Of a stretch of DNA of 39,517 bases, positions 35,330 through 39,517 are shown in pieces (positions within the stretch are counted from its first letter, which is position 1; each line of letters opens with the position of its first letter). This DNA is from Octopus bimaculoides (lineage: Eukaryota): contig NC_068981.1 in NCBI RefSeq assembly GCF_001194135.2, forward strand, positions 32,441,169 to 32,480,685. The letters run 5' to 3'. The notes under the pieces were generated by a model, which searched no databases, was not told where the DNA came from, and worked only from the letters and a program-made list of their open reading frames with translations. The position numbers and the translations under genes are program-made.

Positions 35330-37010
35330 ACCCAAACTATAGGCCTTAGTCACAATAGAGCAGATGCCACTTCATTGACATCCCACTCCATAACATGTGT
35401 ACTATTCTAAGCGGTGCAAACATATTGTTCTACCTACAATATGTCAGGTTTGATGGCTTTTATTCTCTCTCCCAGTGTGGCTGAGCATACCCCAGTGGAT
35501 GATGTCATCGTTGTCAGCGGCTATGTTAAGCTGATGTTCAGTTGTCTTGTTCTTTGAAAAAAGTACACCGCTTCCATGTTGTGCCAGTAGATATATATTC
35601 TTGAAAAGGTACACCACTTCCATGTTGTGCCTGTAGATATATTCGGACATTGCTAATTCCAGGCTTTAAGAGATAACGTGATCGATATTTTTTTTACAGT
35701 TTCCACGAATTTTGCAGCGTGGATTTCTTCCATCCTTAATAATGTTATAGAGATATATTCCGTTTGTAAGTCTCTGAATAGATAACGTAGTTTAAATGCA
35801 CAACAGAAAAATCCTCAACTTAGATATACTTTAGAATTAGCTAAATAAATCCCGCTGAGTGCCACGTATCCATTCATGTCGATCTCCTCACTTTATTTTT
35901 CCCTCGTCTAATTAGATGTATGGCTTTTTTCATCTATTCAATAATTGATATACTCATATGAATCGATGGTAGACCTTCAATTGAAGTTTTCTTAAATTCT
36001 AGTTTCAGTTACCGTTTTAACAAGCGTATCGATTTGGTTTTCTGACTCAGTAAACAGTTTTAGGTTAGCCATAAAGAAAAGATAGGTAATCTCTGGAGAT
36101 TCGTTTCAAAGTTTGTATCCAGTCTTTGTTCCTTGTAATTTGATTGATAATGATGTCAATGATAAGAAAAAGTTCAAAAGTAAAAGGAGTATCTTTCGAG
36201 AATGTTCAATTTAAAAATGGACAGAATCCAGATTTTTAATTTCCAGCCTACAGATTTGTCTTCCATTGTGGCAGCTAAACCCCATGACATAAATATCATA
36301 TTCAGCGTTGCCAAACTTTGATAGTCACTTAAACAACCATGTATGGAGTACGACAACATAGGCATTTTAAACATTCACTAATGCCATGGTGTATTTGATA
36401 CATTGCTCTTACAATTAACGCTGGATTGCAGATTCTCTTGTGAGTTTATATTTTGTTCCATACGACTCTTTCCAATATTCTTTTTTATCCAGAGGCAACA
36501 GATCATTTACTAGTAGCTGTTAAACTTTCTCTGCTGTTATTCCTGTTGGGCTTCCACGTCAGGTTTGAGTGCACAGTTGGGTAGTAGTTTTGCTGCCACT
36601 GTAACTTGGTTCTCATCTTTTAGGATGAGATTTGTTGTCCTCTCAGCCATGGATACTTTTCCATTACAAAGAGATTCATCAAAACACAATCTTATTTACG
36701 CATATAGGTGAGAGAAGTTCTTCAGTTAAAAACCTGGATCCCATCAGGGCCAGGTACTAATTCGGCAGCTTCCTTATTTGGTCCACAATATCTTCTGTTG
36801 TTACTTTGTTTTCTTATATCAGTATTTCCTTTGTGACACTTCTTCATAATTTCATTTCAATTTCTTCAATCCACCTATCGTCACTTCTGTACAAAATCCC
36901 CAAATATGAGTCCAGATCTTGACAGCTTCCTTTAGCTTTTGTAGCAGCATGCTTCCATTTTCTCGAGTTAAATTACCGATCATTTGTTTTAGGTTATGAT
37001 TATATTTATT
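35330..37010 (-). mobile_element. Decayed RLE-type non-LTR retrotransposon (R4/Dong-like): RT, zinc knuckle and endonuclease remnants
   Basis: Minus frames EAVKIWTHIWG, TTEDIVDQIRKLPN..PGPDGI, KESYGTK, AYVVVLHTW (AYDxVPHSW), ITYLFFMANLKLF (HLxYMDDLKL) and NIDHVIS..LAMSEYIYRHN (HIxxxC..Y..RH). Internal ~45-bp tandem duplication at 35560-35645. Confidence 0.85.
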
Positions 37011-37044
37011 GCTGCTGTTGTAATTTAGCTGGCACGATTATTAG

Positions 37045-37195
37045 AAAGAAATGCGTTGCATTATTCCGGAACTTTACGTTCTGAGTTCAAATCCCACGGA
37101 AGCGAACTTTCCAGATCAATCAAAAATAAGAATCGATTACCTTCGATAACTCTCCCCTTGAAAAAAGAGCATTGGGCCTTGTACTTATATTAGAA
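37045..37195 (+). mobile_element. Degenerate SINE (11841 family)
   Basis: ctttacgttctgagttcaaatcccac...gggccttgtac. Confidence 0.6.
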
Positions 37196-37398
37196 TGAAG
37201 TACATCTATCCTAGATTATCCATGGCGCCTGTCCACTGATCCAGGATAACACGGTAGGCTCATTGTAAATCGATTTATGCGTATCACGAATTGATCTGTG
37301 ATAACACAGGTTAGCGATCAGGCAAAGATGTTTAAACCGCAAAAGCACGCGATAAACGAGGAATGATGTATTATTGGTTCACTTTCATCCATGAGGTT

Positions 37399-37455
<57 letters not shown>

Positions 37456-37470
37456 GAGTAGTAGTAGTAG
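37399..37470. repeat. (GTA)n microsatellite
   Basis: Direct reading. Confidence 0.95.
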
Positions 37471-37945
37471 TTCCACATGTTGTTATTGTATATATAAAAT
37501 ATGTAAATGCTGGTGTAAGAAGAAGAAAAATGAGATAAGAGAAAAAAAAAATAATAATAAATTATATGTTAGTTTGTTGCGAGAAAGACTGGCGTCAAAA
37601 AACTAGATTTTGTACGGCTATTTAAGAAATAGAAAATTCTGTAAATAAGGCAAAATACTAAAAAATATAATACATTGCAGTTTAGTTTGTAAAAAAAGCA
37701 AACAAGTAAAGCATTTTTTTTAACGATTAAATATTAAGGACTAAGATATTTAACCCAATAGTTCATCGCTTTTACGTAAAATGTGTAAATATTTCAACGT
37801 ATTATTAACTAGCTCTGTTTATCTATGCATTTGTCGCTTGTTCGCTCTCCCTCCACGCTCTTTCTCTCTTGCTTTCCATCTTTTCTTCTTTATCTCTCTA
37901 CACATACTAACACACACATGCGTAGAAACACACAAAAACACACAC

Positions 37946-37985
<40 letters not shown>

Positions 37986-38325
37986 NNNNNNNNNNNNNNN
38001 NNNNNNNNNNNNNNNNNNNNNNNNNNNNNNNNNNNNNNNNNNNNNNNNNNNNNNNNNNNNNNNNNNNNNNNNNNNNNNNNNNNNNNNNNNNNNNNNNNNN
38101 NNNNNNNNNNNNNNNNNNNNNNNNNNNNNNNNNNNNNNNNNNNNNNNNNNNNNNNNNNNNNNNNNNNNNNNNNNNNNNNNNNNNNNNNNNNNNNNNNNNN
38201 NNNNNNNNNNNNNNNNNNNNNNNNNNNNNNNNNNNNNNNNNNNNNNNNNNNNNNNNNNNNNNNNNNNNNNNNNNNNNNNNNNNNNNNNNNNNNNNNNNNN
38301 NNNNNNNNNNNNNNNNNNNNNNNNA

Positions 38326-38525
38326 AAGCGGCAAGCTGGCAGAAACTTTAGCATGCCGGACAAATGCCTAGCGGCATATCGTTTGTGTTTGCGTTCTAAG
38401 TTCATATTCCACCAATGTTGAGTTTGCCTTTCATTCCTTTAGGGTCAATAAAATATGTACCAGTCGAACACAGGGGATCGGTGTAACCAACTAACTAGTC
38501 CATCAAAATTTCAGTACTTATGCTA
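38326..38525 (+). mobile_element. SINE (11841 family), diverged
   Basis: gcggcaagctggcagaaactttagcatgccggacaaatgcctagcgg...tttgcctttcattcctttagggtc. Confidence 0.8.
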
Positions 38526-38570
38526 ATGTTAAAAAAGGAATTATCAGCATTATTAACACGACATTAATTT

Positions 38571-38766
38571 GGTGAGCTGCCAGAATAGTTAGCACGCTTG
38601 ACAAAATGCTTGGTGATATTTCATCCGTCTTTATGTTCACGGTTCAAATTTGACCGTCGTCAACATTCATCGTTTCGAGATGGATAAAAATATCCCAACC
38701 ACATGGTTTCGGTTACAGTCCCATTGCGTGGCACATTGGGAATGTATCTTCTGCTATAGCCTCGGG
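38571..38766 (+). mobile_element. SINE head (11841 family) joined to a fragment of another tRNA-SINE (ccaaccacatggttt...cagtcccattgcgtggcac...ctatagcctcggg)
   Basis: ggtgagctgccagaatagttagcacgc at 38571; second family text from about 38694. Confidence 0.65.
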
Positions 38767-39091
38767 AGGTTATCATCCTCCATCTCCGCCGGGACTACCA
38801 GATCAAGTGTTTTCGTACTTCTTTTGGCCGTGTCAATGGTAGACACCCAAAAGCCAAAGGTAACAGTGATTCCTCCACTAGCGATATACATAGAATCTCA
38901 GTACCTAATGAAGCAATGGCCTTACAAATGGGCTAGCCAAGGAATTCCGAAATCACATGATCTGCTAGACACAGTGATGATGGCGGATGTTCATCTTCCG
39001 ATAGCGATATAACTAACATTTGTTATTAATACTGATATATACATATCAACATACAAGCACGCGAGCACACACACACACACANNNNNNNNNN

Positions 39092-39155
<64 letters not shown>

Positions 39156-39517
39156 TACACACACACATATACACATGAACATATGTACTTATACATAGAG
39201 ACTGAGAGAGAAGTAAACAGACATTCAGATGGGCAAATAACATTTGAGCAAAATATGAAGATATGTATATAGATATACAGATAGACAGACAGATAGATAG
39301 ATATATAGATGTTTATATTATGTTATCTTAAAATTGCACGCATGCACTGATAGGCCTGCACACGCGAATGTATTCACGGAGACAAAGATATATGGGCAGT
39401 GCATACGTATGTAATTTAAATACGTGTATTCGTGTGTATCTGAGACTTTGGTTCTGTTGTTGCCTGCCTTCATATCATTGCTTCAATTACGTTATATATA
39501 TATATATATATATATAT

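Noticed and set aside
38650-39012. 120-aa ORF
   Set aside because: Its 5' third is SINE sequence and the remainder has no recognisable domain.

Overview
This is AT-rich, microsatellite-dense animal genomic DNA from a gapped draft assembly, with 11 N-gaps, most flanked by simple repeats. The SINE families resemble those I associate with octopod cephalopods (Octopus); that assignment is an inference, not a database result. The window is mostly a transposon graveyard. It holds five decayed mariner pieces, a decayed Penelope-like RT element (25.0-27.5 kb, +) and a separate Penelope-like GIY-YIG fragment (32.3-32.9 kb, -). It also holds an RLE-type (R4/Dong-like) LINE (35.3-37.0 kb, -), many tRNA-derived SINEs and two MITE-like foldbacks. 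A 1.3-1.5 kb block is duplicated 26 kb apart, with a third partial copy. I cannot name any host protein-coding gene. Several weak splice-bounded exon candidates exist, the best being a + strand 3' gene end at 19.7-20.9 kb followed by a perfect RFX X-box at 22.28 kb. The most interesting unexplained signals are two degenerate minimal hammerhead-ribozyme motifs, a pre-miRNA-sized 26-bp hairpin, a head-to-head mariner pair and the SINE-bounded duplication. I see no convincing evidence for an intact novel multi-gene system.
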